IMG/VR virus record: IMGVR_UViG_3300033158_000302
DNA: 20,000 nucleotides
DNA from: an uncultured virus (IMG/VR IMGVR_UViG_3300033158_000302)
Taxonomy: Duplodnaviria > Heunggongvirae > Uroviricota > Caudoviricetes
Direction: 5' to 3' (one strand)
The notes under the pieces are model-generated. The model saw nothing but the letters and a program-made list of their open reading frames with translations. It ran no database searches and had not been told where the DNA came from. Shown piece by piece: positions 1 to 9,767 of the stretch. Positions within the stretch are counted from its first letter, which is position 1; each line of letters begins with the position of its first letter. Position numbers and translations under genes: made by a program.

Positions 1-1
1 C

Positions 2-145
2 CTCACCGGCGACCCGGCCGCCTGCGGCGACACCGGCGTCACCATCCTCGCCGCCTACAACGTCATCGGCCCCTCGGCGCTGCCCGGCACCGGCGAAATC
101 TACGCCTTCCTCGTCGTCGCCAACTTCATCCTCGCCACCCTCTAA
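2..145 (+). CDS. 3' end of a phage structural protein, probably tail terminator or head-tail joining (partial)
   Basis: Open frame LTGDPAACGDTGVTILAAYNVIGPSALPGTGEIYAFLVVANFILATL* with phage-like codon use. Function inferred only from its position upstream of the tail tube gene. Confidence 0.5.
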   Translation, partial: LTGDPAACGDTGVTILAAYNVIGPSALPGTGEIYAFLVVANFILATL

Positions 146-170
146 CCCCCAACCAGAGGAGTCCCACGCA

Positions 171-530
171 ATGGCAGCAATCGTCCCCGTGGTCGCCAGC
201 CGCGCCGCCGGCGCCAACAACGCCACCGCTATGGCCGCCGCCAGCTCCGGCGGCGACACCTTCCCGGCCGGCAGCAACACCTACCTGCGGGTCAAAAACA
301 CCAACGCCTCCACCATCACCGTCACCGTGTCCCCGCCGACCGGCGGCGGCCCGCTCGGCACCACCGTGTCCCCCTACGTGCTGTCCCCCGTCGTCGAAGC
401 CACCACCGGGGACCGCACCTACGGGCCGTTCCCCGCCAACCCGTTCGCCGACTCCAACGGCAACGTCAACTTCGTCTGCTCCCCGTACGCGAACGTCACC
501 GTCGGCGCGTTCGTCTACCCGGCCGGCTGA
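171..530 (+). CDS. Small phage virion structural protein, beta-rich (119 aa)
   Basis: RBS GAGGAG. The GGDTF...LRVKN...TITVTV pattern recalls small actinophage structural proteins found near head-tail genes. Confidence 0.6.
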   Translation: MAAIVPVVASRAAGANNATAMAAASSGGDTFPAGSNTYLRVKNTNASTITVTVSPPTGGGPLGTTVSPYVLSPVVEATTGDRTYGPFPANPFADSNGNVNFVCSPYANVTVGAFVYPAG

Positions 531-538
531 GCCCGGCC

Positions 539-829
539 ATGCCCGACGACACCACACCCGAGCCGCCCGCCGCTGAGCCCGCCCGGCCCCGCCGTCCCCT
601 CCGCGACGGCCCGGCACCGGCGCCGCCGGAAGACCCCGGGCCGCCACCGTTTTTCATCGCCGACCACCCGCTGATGGTTGGCGGCGCCGAAACCATGCCG
701 GTCCGTGCGTTCAGCCCCGGCGACCACGTACCGCCCGAGCACGTCGAAACCCACCACTGGCAGCACCTCGTGCACGCCCCCGACCAATGGGCATCCGCGC
801 CGCCCGCCACCCCCACCCCGGAGGAGTAA
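539..829 (+). CDS. Hypothetical Pro-rich phage protein (96 aa)
   Basis: ORF fills the gap between neighbours. Its last codons (GAG GAG) double as the RBS of the next gene. Confidence 0.6.
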   Translation: MPDDTTPEPPAAEPARPRRPLRDGPAPAPPEDPGPPPFFIADHPLMVGGAETMPVRAFSPGDHVPPEHVETHHWQHLVHAPDQWASAPPATPTPEE

Positions 830-835
830 GCACCC

Positions 836-1393
836 ATGGCACGCGGATCCCCCACCGCCATCAGCCTCGGCCCCGGCTACCTGTATGTCGGCCCGCTCGG
901 CACCACCGAACCCACCGACCTGTCCACCGCCTGGACCGCGGTTTCGGCCTCGTGGGGCACCATCGGCTACACAGAGTCAGGGTCTGAGTTCACCTACAAC
1001 CCGGCGACCGCCACCGTCGAAGTCGCCGAAGAACTCGACCCGGTCGCTGTCGTCACCACCGGCCGCGCCAGCTCCGTCAAATTCGCCATGTCTGAGGTCA
1101 CCGCCACCCACCTCAAGACAGCGATGAACGGCGGCACCCTGACCACCGGCACCGGCATCGTCACCTACGAACCCCCCGACCTGGGCACCGAAGTGCGCTG
1201 CATGCTCGGCTTCGAATCCGAAGACCACACCGAACGCTGGGTGTACCGGCAGTGCTTCCAGACCGGCACCATCTCCATCGCCCGCGGCAAAGGCAACGCC
1301 AACGCCAACATCGCCACCGAATTCACGCTGGAAAAACCAGCCACCGGCTCCCGCCTGTACAAGGCCATCTTCGCCGCCCCGCAACGGCAGTAA
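836..1393 (+). CDS. Major tail (tube) protein (185 aa)
   Basis: LGPGYLYVGPLGTTEP...WGTIGYTESGSEFTY...VEVAEELDPV pattern typical of siphoviral tail tube proteins; RBS GGAGGAG; lies upstream of chaperone and tape measure genes. Confidence 0.85.
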   Translation: MARGSPTAISLGPGYLYVGPLGTTEPTDLSTAWTAVSASWGTIGYTESGSEFTYNPATATVEVAEELDPVAVVTTGRASSVKFAMSEVTATHLKTAMNGGTLTTGTGIVTYEPPDLGTEVRCMLGFESEDHTERWVYRQCFQTGTISIARGKGNANANIATEFTLEKPATGSRLYKAIFAAPQRQ

Positions 1394-1455
1394 CCCCGCC
1401 GGGCCGTACAGCTACACGGCACACGATTCACGAATCGCGAATGAAGGACCGCGCC

Positions 1456-2091
1456 ATGCCCAAACGCAGCTACACGTCCACACCCGAGGCAGGCGGCGCC
1501 GAGCAGGACGTCGCCTCCACCGAAGGGATCACCTTCGACCTGGACGGTATCGAGTTCACCTGCCACGGCCGGATCAGCATGTACGACATTTCCGCCGCTG
1601 CCGGGTCCCTCACCAGCGACGGCATCATCGACGACCCCGACGCGATCCCGGCGATCGCCGACCTGATCCGCGAAGTGCTCGGCGCCGACACCTACCGGGC
1701 GTTCACCCGGCACCGGCGCGCCCACCGGACCCCCGACATGGTGGTGCAGGACATCATCAACGGCGTCATCGAGGAAACGGGGGAACGCGCCACCGGGCGC
1801 CCTACCGTCAAGCCGCCTACCTCACCGGATGGGCCTACGCTCACCCCGGTCTCATCGGCGGCCACCGGGCAGCCTGCGGCAGGCAAGACCCCAGCGAACT
1901 GGACGATGACCGGGCCGTCCCAGCAGCCCCCGGCCGCCGAGCAGACGATCCCGCCGGAAGTGGCCCGCGGCGGGGACATCCGGATGGTGCCGGAACCGGG
2001 CAGCCCGGAACCGGACCCGGCGTACAAGACGAAACGAGTGATCAACATCGGCGACGGCTCCCGCACCCGGGTCGAACCCGCCGTCTCCTGA
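1456..2091 (+). CDS. Tail assembly chaperone, G form (211 aa)
   Basis: ATG at 1456 after AAGGA; ITFDLDGIEFTCH N-terminal motif; located between tail tube and tape measure genes. Confidence 0.75.
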   Translation: MPKRSYTSTPEAGGAEQDVASTEGITFDLDGIEFTCHGRISMYDISAAAGSLTSDGIIDDPDAIPAIADLIREVLGADTYRAFTRHRRAHRTPDMVVQDIINGVIEETGERATGRPTVKPPTSPDGPTLTPVSSAATGQPAAGKTPANWTMTGPSQQPPAAEQTIPPEVARGGDIRMVPEPGSPEPDPAYKTKRVINIGDGSRTRVEPAVS

Positions 2092-2348
2092 CCGGCGGCC
2101 TGACCTGGGCGGGGCTGTGTGACATCGCCGAAGTCGTGCATGTGCGGGAAGCCCGGGACCGGATGAGCCTGCGGATGCTCGCCGTCTGCGCCCAGGCACT
2201 CGGCCTGGACGGCGCCTACACCGAGCTGGAAGACCCCGCCGACCTGATCGCCGCCATCGGCACCAGCGACGACCCCACCACGCCCGCAACGGACCGGGCC
2301 AGCGAAATCGCCGCATTCGTCGCCGCCACCGGCGGCGACACCAGCTAA
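1779..2348 (+). CDS. Tail assembly chaperone GT extension, reached by -1 frameshift
   Basis: The -1 frame is open from 1779 to TAA at 2348 and reads ...PYRQAAYLTGWAYAHPGLIGGH...LTWAGLCDIAEVVHVRE... It has no start codon before 2136. An in-phase G GGG GAA heptamer sits at 1779-1785. Confidence 0.7.
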   Translation, partial: GGTRHRAPYRQAAYLTGWAYAHPGLIGGHRAACGRQDPSELDDDRAVPAAPGRRADDPAGSGPRRGHPDGAGTGQPGTGPGVQDETSDQHRRRLPHPGRTRRLLTGGLTWAGLCDIAEVVHVREARDRMSLRMLAVCAQALGLDGAYTELEDPADLIAAIGTSDDPTTPATDRASEIAAFVAATGGDTS

Positions 2349-2402
2349 CCCGCACAGGCCCAAACGCGGATACACAACCAGCGGAGGAGGGGGGGATGCG
2401 CG

Positions 2403-5400
2403 GTGGCGTTCGACGCCGGGGAAGTCCTCATGCACGCCGCGCTGATCTTCGACCAATCCGCGTCCGCCCGCTCCGTCCGCGACGCCATGGACAAAGGCGT
2501 CGCCCCCACCGTCAAAAGCGCCGGCGCCAGCCACGGCAAAACCTACGCCGATGCGTTCGCGAAAGACGCCGACTTCTCCGCCCTCAAAACAAAAATCGCT
2601 GACCTCGGGAAAAACCTCCAGACCGCCCGGGCCAAAGTCGACGTCGACGACAAAGACGCCCGCGCGAAACTGGCCGCGTTCAACGTCATCTGGACGAAAC
2701 TTTCCCGCGACACCGCCACCCCCCGCATCGACATGACCGGGTTCGCCAGCGCCGAGGCCCGCGCCCTGGCGCTGGACGCGGCCATGCACAAAGCCGGCAC
2801 CGACACCGATCAGGCCGGCGCATCCGCGAACCGGGCCGGGCTCAACTTCGTCGGCGCCTCCCGCGGCATGTACACGCTGATCGCGGTCGCCGCCGGGCTC
2901 GGCCCTGCCCTCATCCCCATCGGCGCATCCCTGGCCGCCATCGCCCTCGGCGCCGGGTCCGCGTTCGCCGCCGCGGCGGCACCCATCACCGTGTTCGGGC
3001 TCACCGTCAAAGCGCAGCTCAGCGGCATCGTCGACGGCTACAAGCAAATCCAGACGCTGCAAAAGCAGGCCGCCGCTGCCCCGCCCGGGTCCGCCGCCCA
3101 AGCCGACGCGCTCCGCAAACTCGCCCTCGCCCAAGCCGACTACACCAAAACGTTCGGCCCGGCCGCCGCCGGAATGAAAAACCTGCAAGACGCCTGGGAC
3201 AAGTGGAAGGCATCCACCAGCGGCAGCACCCTGCCGCTGCTCGCCCAGGGCATGAACCTGCTCGCGGCTGCCCTGCCGAAACTGCGACCGCTGTTCGACA
3301 CCGGCGCGCAGGCCGCCCAGCGGTTCCTGAACGCCATCCAGGGCTGGGTCAAAAGCGGCGGCCTGGACCAGGCCATCGCCCGGCTCAACACCCTGGCCCA
3401 GGCCGTCCTGCCGCATGTCGAATCCACTATCACCAACGTGATCCGCACCGCCGCCCCGTTCGCCCCCATGATGGCCGACCTCGGCATCAAAGTCGCCGCA
3501 GGCATCGACAAGGCCACCGGGTCGATGGCCGCCTGGGCCGCCAGCAAAGGCCCCGGCGCGATGAACTCCTTCCTGGCCTACGTCCAGGCAAACGGCCCCA
3601 AAGTCTTCGGCCTGCTGGAAAACCTCGCCGTCGCCGCCGTGCAAATCGTCCGGGCACTGTCCCCGATGGCCCCCGTCTCCCTCGCCGTCGCCAACGCCCT
3701 GGCCAAACTGATCGCCTCCTTGCCCCCCGGCGCCATCCAGGCCATCGTCGTCGCCGTCATCGCCTGGTCCGGGGCCATGAACGTCCTCGGGCTGGCCTCC
3801 GGCAACACCGGCAAAGCCATCGCCTGGCTATCGCGGGTCAGCGGCCTCACCGGCGGGCTGAAGGCGCTCGGCACCGCACTGAAAGAAAGCGCCGCCGCCC
3901 AATGGCTGCTGAACGCCTCCATCCTGGGCTGCCCGGTCACCTGGATAATCGCCGCGATCGCCGCGCTCGGCGTTGGTTTCTACATCGCCTGGGAAAAATC
4001 CGCGCTGTTCCGCGACATCATGAAAGACATCGCGAAAGTGATGCTCAGCGTCGGTATCGTTTTCCTGCAAGCCGTCAAAGGAATGGTCGACGGATTCCTG
4101 TCATTCGTCGGGACCGTTATCAACGGCGCAGCGAAAGCATTCGGCTGGGTGCCCGGGCTCGGACCGAAACTGAAAGGCGCCGCGAAAGCGTTCAACGACA
4201 TGCGGGATGATGTCGACGGCGCCTTTAACCGGATGATCGGCAACCTGCAAGGCTGGCAGCGGGAACTGGACGGCAGCAAAACCAAATCCGGTGAAGCCGC
4301 CAAATCAATCACCGCGGATTTCGGCAAACAGGCGAAAGCCGCCGCCGACGCCCGCTCCGACCTGGACGCCTTCAGCACCGCCATCACCAGGAACGGGCAA
4401 TGGTCGTCCGCCGCGCAGGACGCCCGCAACAAACTGGCCAACGACCTGACCAAAGCCGGCGTGAACGCGACCACCGCGCAGGCCGACGTCGACCGGTACA
4501 GCGCCGCCGTCGCCGCCAACGGCGTCAAATCACAACAAGCCCAGCAGGCCCGGGAAATCCTCATCAAAGACATTCTCGACGCCAGCGGCAACGCCAAAGC
4601 CGGCCAGACCGACATGACCAACCTCGCCGCCGCGATCCGCCTGCACGGCACCACCTCCAACCAGTACAACGGTGCCCGCGCCACCCTCATCATGGACCTG
4701 AAAAACACCGGCATGAACGCCGCCGACGCAAACAAGCTCGTCGACGGGCTCACTAACAGCATCCGCAACGAAGGCGCCACCTCCGACTTCTACAAAGGAT
4801 CCCGCGGCGCGCTCATCGGTGACCTGAAAGGCGCCGGCCTGAACAGCAAAGACGCCGCCACCCTGATCGACACCCTCACCAGGTCGGTGCAGAACCAGGG
4901 CACCACGTCGGACTCCTACAAGTTCGCCCGCGCCGTCCTGATCGCCGACCTGGAAAAATCGGGGAAAACCAGCCAGGAAGCCGCCAGCCTCGTCGACGGG
5001 CTGACCGGCGCGATCCAGGGCGTGCCCGGCAGCAAAAACGTCAACATCGTCATGAACGGCGACGGCTCCTACACCATCACCGGGCTCGGCCCCCGCGCCA
5101 TCGCCGGCGGTCCCGCCCAGCTCGCCCCCCTTCCCCCCGGCAAAGCCGCCGGCGGGATGATCACCGGCGGCATCCGCGGCATGGACAGCGTCATCGGCCT
5201 GCTGATGCCCGGTGAGGTCGTAGTCCCCGAACCCCTGGTGCGGGCCGGCGCAGTCGACCACCTGCGCGGGATCCTGCCCGGGTTCGCCGGCGGCGGCCTG
5301 GTCAGCACCGGCAACACCGCCATCCTGTCCGGGGCCGCCATCGACCCGATGTACCGGGACTGGGAAACCCAGTACACGCAGGCCATGGTCAACAAAATGC

Positions 5401-6122
5401 GGGCCGCGCTGGCCGCGTCAGAGGCAGCAGCAATCAAAACGGCCGCTGCAGCCGCCGCGGCTACCGCCAGTGCTGGTGCCACAGCGGCCGGCGTCCTGTC
5501 CAAACAGCAAATCGCCGGATACTGGACCGGCGCCGGCGGCCCCGGCGGCACGGTCGCGCAGATCGCCGCCGCCATCACCGGCGGCGAATCCGGGTTCAAC
5601 CCCAACGCCATCCAGGCAGGGCAGCCACCCGGCCTCACTGGCTACGGCCTGTGGCAGATCACCCCCACCTCCGGCATCTGGCAAAACGGGGCGTTCGGGA
5701 ACCTGCTCGCGCCCACCAACAACGCCCGCGCCGCCGTCTACCTCTACCATCAGGCCGGCGACAGCTTCCGGCCCTGGGTCGTCTACAACACCGGCGCGTA
5801 CCTGAAATACATGAACGCCGGCGGGCTCGTCGGCGCCGGTTACGCCGCCGGCACCGGCAGCGCCGCCCCCGGCTGGGGCTGGGTCGGCGAGGAAGGCCCC
5901 GAACTGGTCCGGTTCCGCGGCGGCGAAACCATCTACGACGCCGCCACCTCCGCCGCCGCCGCGGCAGGCGGCGGAAACACCAGCGACAGCCTGCTCCGCG
6001 AAATCCGCGCACTGCACGCCACCCTGAACGACCTGCCCGCCCGGATCGCCGGGGGAGTCTCCAAAGCCGTCACCGCCCCCCAGCAAACCATGATCGCCGC
6101 CGCCCGCGCCGGTGCCCGCTAA
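2403..6122 (+). CDS. Tape measure protein with C-terminal lytic transglycosylase (SLT-like) domain (1239 aa)
   Basis: Long Ala/Gly-rich helical protein with hydrophobic segments. ESGFNPNA...GLWQI...NARAAVYLY...PW motif at about 5505-5813 and the GWVGEEGPELVRF motif near the C-terminus. Confidence 0.92.
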   Translation: MAFDAGEVLMHAALIFDQSASARSVRDAMDKGVAPTVKSAGASHGKTYADAFAKDADFSALKTKIADLGKNLQTARAKVDVDDKDARAKLAAFNVIWTKLSRDTATPRIDMTGFASAEARALALDAAMHKAGTDTDQAGASANRAGLNFVGASRGMYTLIAVAAGLGPALIPIGASLAAIALGAGSAFAAAAAPITVFGLTVKAQLSGIVDGYKQIQTLQKQAAAAPPGSAAQADALRKLALAQADYTKTFGPAAAGMKNLQDAWDKWKASTSGSTLPLLAQGMNLLAAALPKLRPLFDTGAQAAQRFLNAIQGWVKSGGLDQAIARLNTLAQAVLPHVESTITNVIRTAAPFAPMMADLGIKVAAGIDKATGSMAAWAASKGPGAMNSFLAYVQANGPKVFGLLENLAVAAVQIVRALSPMAPVSLAVANALAKLIASLPPGAIQAIVVAVIAWSGAMNVLGLASGNTGKAIAWLSRVSGLTGGLKALGTALKESAAAQWLLNASILGCPVTWIIAAIAALGVGFYIAWEKSALFRDIMKDIAKVMLSVGIVFLQAVKGMVDGFLSFVGTVINGAAKAFGWVPGLGPKLKGAAKAFNDMRDDVDGAFNRMIGNLQGWQRELDGSKTKSGEAAKSITADFGKQAKAAADARSDLDAFSTAITRNGQWSSAAQDARNKLANDLTKAGVNATTAQADVDRYSAAVAANGVKSQQAQQAREILIKDILDASGNAKAGQTDMTNLAAAIRLHGTTSNQYNGARATLIMDLKNTGMNAADANKLVDGLTNSIRNEGATSDFYKGSRGALIGDLKGAGLNSKDAATLIDTLTRSVQNQGTTSDSYKFARAVLIADLEKSGKTSQEAASLVDGLTGAIQGVPGSKNVNIVMNGDGSYTITGLGPRAIAGGPAQLAPLPPGKAAGGMITGGIRGMDSVIGLLMPGEVVVPEPLVRAGAVDHLRGILPGFAGGGLVSTGNTAILSGAAIDPMYRDWETQYTQAMVNKMRAALAASEAAAIKTAAAAAAATASAGATAAGVLSKQQIAGYWTGAGGPGGTVAQIAAAITGGESGFNPNAIQAGQPPGLTGYGLWQITPTSGIWQNGAFGNLLAPTNNARAAVYLYHQAGDSFRPWVVYNTGAYLKYMNAGGLVGAGYAAGTGSAAPGWGWVGEEGPELVRFRGGETIYDAATSAAAAAGGGNTSDSLLREIRALHATLNDLPARIAGGVSKAVTAPQQTMIAAARAGAR
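4365..4994 (+). repeat. Five tandem 42-aa (126-nt) degenerate repeats inside the tape measure protein
   Basis: Units begin DAFSTAITRNG, DRYSAAVAANG, TNLAAAIRLHG, DGLTNSIRNEG, DTLTRSVQNQG and share G..S......R..L..D. Confidence 0.8.
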
Positions 6123-6227
6123 AGCACGCCCGGCCGCCATCCGCTCCTCCCAGGCTGCTCACCCCGCGCGCACCCCTCCCGCCCATCCCGGCCACCGGCC
6201 GCCACCGGAAAGGAGACCAAAGGCCAA

Positions 6228-9200
6228 GTGGCAGACTCCCTCATTCTCGGCAAGCTCATCGAACTGCTCGGCGGCGGCGTGCCCTCAGCGCTGCCCCGCT
6301 GCACCGGGGCCACCTTCCGGCTCGGCACGGCGTTCAGCCTCGGTGACCCGGTGCCGGTCATCGACATGGTAGCGGCGCTGCTCGGGGACGGCAGCCGCCC
6401 CAGCGGCTGGCGGATGGACAACCGCCCTGTCACCTTGCCGATAACCATCAGCGTCCCCGTCACCGCCGACAGCCAAGCTGACCGGCTGCTGCTCGCCGGC
6501 GCCCGCGAAACGCTCCTGCAAATCGTCACCACCGACCAGTTCCCGCTCGTGTGGGGGCCGGACGGCGCGAACGGCACCCGCAACCTGGTCTTCGACTGTT
6601 TCAAGGCCCGGGCCACCGTCACCACCTGGGACCTGATCGCCAACCAGCAGCGGATCAGCGAAGTCACCGTCACCTTCGACGCGATCCCCTACGGCCGTTC
6701 CGACACCCTCACCGACCTGATCTTCGACAGCCCCGTGCTGGGCACCCCTGCCCCCCCGGCGCCGCTGACCCTCGACGACTACTCCCTCGTCTCCACCAGC
6801 ACCCAGCCCACCTGGTGGACGCAAAGCCCCGTCACCGCCGCCGGATCCTATTCGGCCCGCTGGCATCACGACATCACCGACATGAACTCGCCGCTGCGCT
6901 ACAGCCACGCCCTGTCCGACGCGGCCAGCTACGACTTCGAAACCGACATCGACCCGTGGTATGTGAGCGAAAACTGCACGATCGCCGCCAGCACCGCCCA
7001 GGCCCACGGCGGGACCGGTTCCCTGGCAATGACCTCAGTGGCAGCCGGCGAAATGATCGCCTCCGCCGAGGACGTCCTCGCCTGCGCTCCCACCGACCTG
7101 ATCACCTGCACCGGCTGGTTCCGGGCCGGCACCGCCGGGCGGAGCTGCGCGCCCGGGGCCGTGTTCTTCGACGCCAACTACACCTACCTGACCGCGCTGT
7201 ACCCTACCGCCGCCGCCGACAACAGCAGCGGATGGACGCAGGTTACCGGGACCGTCACCGCCCCCGCCGGCGCCGCCTGGTGCGCCCCCACCGTCCGGGT
7301 TTCCGGCACCGGCGCGGCCGGCGAAGTGCACTACGCCGACGACGTGGAAATCAGCTACGGCTTCACCGCCGACCTGACCGGCCTGTCGAAGCTGTCGTTC
7401 TGGTTCGGGCTCGGCACCCCGTACTGGACCTACGGGTACTGGCACTGGCATCAAGGCAACGTCTCGTTCGTGCTCACCCTCACCGACGCAGACGCGCACA
7501 TGCTCACCTTCGGGCTGCACCAGTACTGCTATTCCTCTGACAAGCCGGACTGGCCGCTGTGGCAGCAAATCACCGTCAACATCCCCCAGGGCGACCCCGA
7601 CTTCGACTACACGGCGCTGGCCGCCTACTCCATCACCGCCTGGAGCGAAACCCACACCTGGAATAACACCACCGAACTGGACACCACCGGTTACCTGGCC
7701 GGGTTGCGCGCCGTGCCCGTCACCAGCCCGAAACGGCCCGCATCGGTCCGCGGCGGCACCTACGTCCTGTACGGCATCGAAGGAACCGCCCCCGCCGAAC
7801 TCAACGTGCACTGCCAGTTGTCCCCCCAGACGCTGGTCGCCTCCACCCAGACCATCACCCTGCCCGGCACCCCCGGCACCGTCAACAACTTCACCGCCCC
7901 CGGCGAAAACCCCAACTCGCTGTCAACAGGATCAGCGGACTTCGAGGGCGGCGACACCGGCACCTGGACCGGCAGCGACGGGGCCGCCACCAACGCGGTC
8001 CTTTCTTCCAGCACCACCCAGGCCAACGGCGGGTCCACCTCGATGCGGATGACCCCCAGCAGCGGCGGCAGCAACATGACCGCCGCATCATGCACCGCCG
8101 CGAACATCACCGCGCAAGGGATCACCTGCACCGCCGGGGACCGGATCGCGGTCCGCGCCTACGTCCGCGCCGGAACCACCTCCCGCACCGTCACGCTCGG
8201 TGTGCAGTTCTTCACCGCCGCCGGGGCGGCGATCAGCGTGGTATCCCTGACCGGGGTGGCCGACAGCAACAGCGCCTGGACAAAACTTGACGGCCGGGTC
8301 ACCGCCCCCGCTACAGCCGCGTTCGGCCGCGCTGTCCTCACCGTGGCCACCCCCGCCGCCGGCGAATACCATTACATCGATGACGTGTACCTGGCGTATG
8401 CGGTGCAGGCCACCGTCATTTGTGTTGGCGGCGGCGGCGCCGCCGGATCCACCTGGGGATACGAGAGCGCCGCCGGCGGCGGCGGCGGCGGCGAAATCGC
8501 GTGGGAAACCAGCCTGGACCTGACCCCGGGCGGCACCCACGCCTACTCCATCGGCGCGGGCGGGGTAGCCATCTGGTCCGGGACATGGGCACCGCAAGGC
8601 GGGCAGTCATATTTCACCGGCATGACAACCACCGTCCGCGGCCACGGCGGCGGGGGGGGCGGCAACGCGGCCGGCGCGTATGAGTCCGCACCCGGGGCAG
8701 CAGCCGGCACCGGCAGTTCCAACAGCCACCACTACAACGGCGGCACGGGGGCGGGCGGGCAATACTACAACGCCCGCGGCGGCGGATCCGGCGGGTCCGG
8801 TGGTGACGGCGGCGCCGGCGGCAACGCCGGAACCGGAAGCAACAATGCCCCCGGAACCCCTGGAGCGGCCGGGTCCCTCGGCGTCGGCGGCGGCTGGGGG
8901 GCCTGGGGATACCCGGGGCCAGCCGGGCATGAAGGCCAGGGCAGCAACGGCGGGTACCCCGGCGGCGGCGGCTCCGGGTCAGCGAGCCTCAGCCACGCCC
9001 ACCACGGCGGCAACGGCGCGAACGGGCTGATCAAGGTCATCCTCACCTCCTACCTGGTCGGTGAACGGTTCCCCGCCCTCATCGTGCACAAACCATCCCA
9101 GCGGTCCCCGCTGCTGGCCAAACCGGTCCTGTCCGTCGGCGACGGCGGCGCCGTCCCCGACGGCCGCGAATACATGATCGACCAGGTCGACCAGCAGAAC

Positions 9201-9767
9201 GCCCGCTACGACGGCACCTACACCGTGCTGCTGATCGCCGCGTCCCTGCACGGCACCACTGGCCGGAACGTCACCGTCACCATCCGGCAATACGAATCAT
9301 CCGGTGGTGACTCCAGCACCGTCGCCGCCTCCGCCTACCTCGGCCCGGCCGAACTGGTCAACGGCATCATCAACCTCGGCGAAGTCACCCTCCCGGTGAA
9401 GGAAATGCCCCTCGAAAACACCGACAGCTACTATTCGATCGCGGTGACCAGCGACGACACTGCGGACAGGTTCCTGGACGTGGTTCTGATCGACTCGCAG
9501 GGATCAACGTTCATCACCAGCATCAACGGCGCCGGCTACACCGACTACTGGTACGACGCGCCCAGCATCGACACCGGGGTGCCGCTGGTCATCGGATCGG
9601 TCGACGACCGCTCCCAGGCCGTCTCGGTGATGGCCGACACCCTCATCTCCGGCCGGCCCATCCGCGTGCTGCCCGGCGACAACACCCTCACCGTCTACTC
9701 CCCATCCGGCATGCCAGCGCTTGAGGCGGAATACTGGCCGCACTGGTGGCATGAACGCCTATGGTGA
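6228..9767 (+). CDS. Minor tail protein: enlarged distal-tail (Dit-like) protein with two carbohydrate-binding modules and a glycine-rich domain (1179 aa)
   Basis: First gene after tape measure; RBS AAGGAG. Dit-like N-terminus (RPVTLPITI...FDAIPYGRS) and C-terminus (IRVLPGDNTLTV). Two DFE...AxGGxxS...WT...VTAP...HYxDDV modules and a VGGGG...GGNGANGLIKV Gly-rich block. Confidence 0.8.
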   Translation: MADSLILGKLIELLGGGVPSALPRCTGATFRLGTAFSLGDPVPVIDMVAALLGDGSRPSGWRMDNRPVTLPITISVPVTADSQADRLLLAGARETLLQIVTTDQFPLVWGPDGANGTRNLVFDCFKARATVTTWDLIANQQRISEVTVTFDAIPYGRSDTLTDLIFDSPVLGTPAPPAPLTLDDYSLVSTSTQPTWWTQSPVTAAGSYSARWHHDITDMNSPLRYSHALSDAASYDFETDIDPWYVSENCTIAASTAQAHGGTGSLAMTSVAAGEMIASAEDVLACAPTDLITCTGWFRAGTAGRSCAPGAVFFDANYTYLTALYPTAAADNSSGWTQVTGTVTAPAGAAWCAPTVRVSGTGAAGEVHYADDVEISYGFTADLTGLSKLSFWFGLGTPYWTYGYWHWHQGNVSFVLTLTDADAHMLTFGLHQYCYSSDKPDWPLWQQITVNIPQGDPDFDYTALAAYSITAWSETHTWNNTTELDTTGYLAGLRAVPVTSPKRPASVRGGTYVLYGIEGTAPAELNVHCQLSPQTLVASTQTITLPGTPGTVNNFTAPGENPNSLSTGSADFEGGDTGTWTGSDGAATNAVLSSSTTQANGGSTSMRMTPSSGGSNMTAASCTAANITAQGITCTAGDRIAVRAYVRAGTTSRTVTLGVQFFTAAGAAISVVSLTGVADSNSAWTKLDGRVTAPATAAFGRAVLTVATPAAGEYHYIDDVYLAYAVQATVICVGGGGAAGSTWGYESAAGGGGGGEIAWETSLDLTPGGTHAYSIGAGGVAIWSGTWAPQGGQSYFTGMTTTVRGHGGGGGGNAAGAYESAPGAAAGTGSSNSHHYNGGTGAGGQYYNARGGGSGGSGGDGGAGGNAGTGSNNAPGTPGAAGSLGVGGGWGAWGYPGPAGHEGQGSNGGYPGGGGSGSASLSHAHHGGNGANGLIKVILTSYLVGERFPALIVHKPSQRSPLLAKPVLSVGDGGAVPDGREYMIDQVDQQNARYDGTYTVLLIAASLHGTTGRNVTVTIRQYESSGGDSSTVAASAYLGPAELVNGIINLGEVTLPVKEMPLENTDSYYSIAVTSDDTADRFLDVVLIDSQGSTFITSINGAGYTDYWYDAPSIDTGVPLVIGSVDDRSQAVSVMADTLISGRPIRVLPGDNTLTVYSPSGMPALEAEYWPHWWHERLW

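Noticed and set aside
1252..1455. Upstream extensions of ORFs starting at 1252, 10102, 11043, 12172, 13562 and 14868
   Set aside because: They overlap neighbouring genes out of frame. Downstream starts with an RBS or ATGA coupling fit better.
1692..3644. 650-aa minus-strand ORF and similar long antisense or alternate-frame ORFs (e.g. 15916-17493)
   Set aside because: Shadow ORFs expected in high-GC coding DNA; low-complexity products without motifs.
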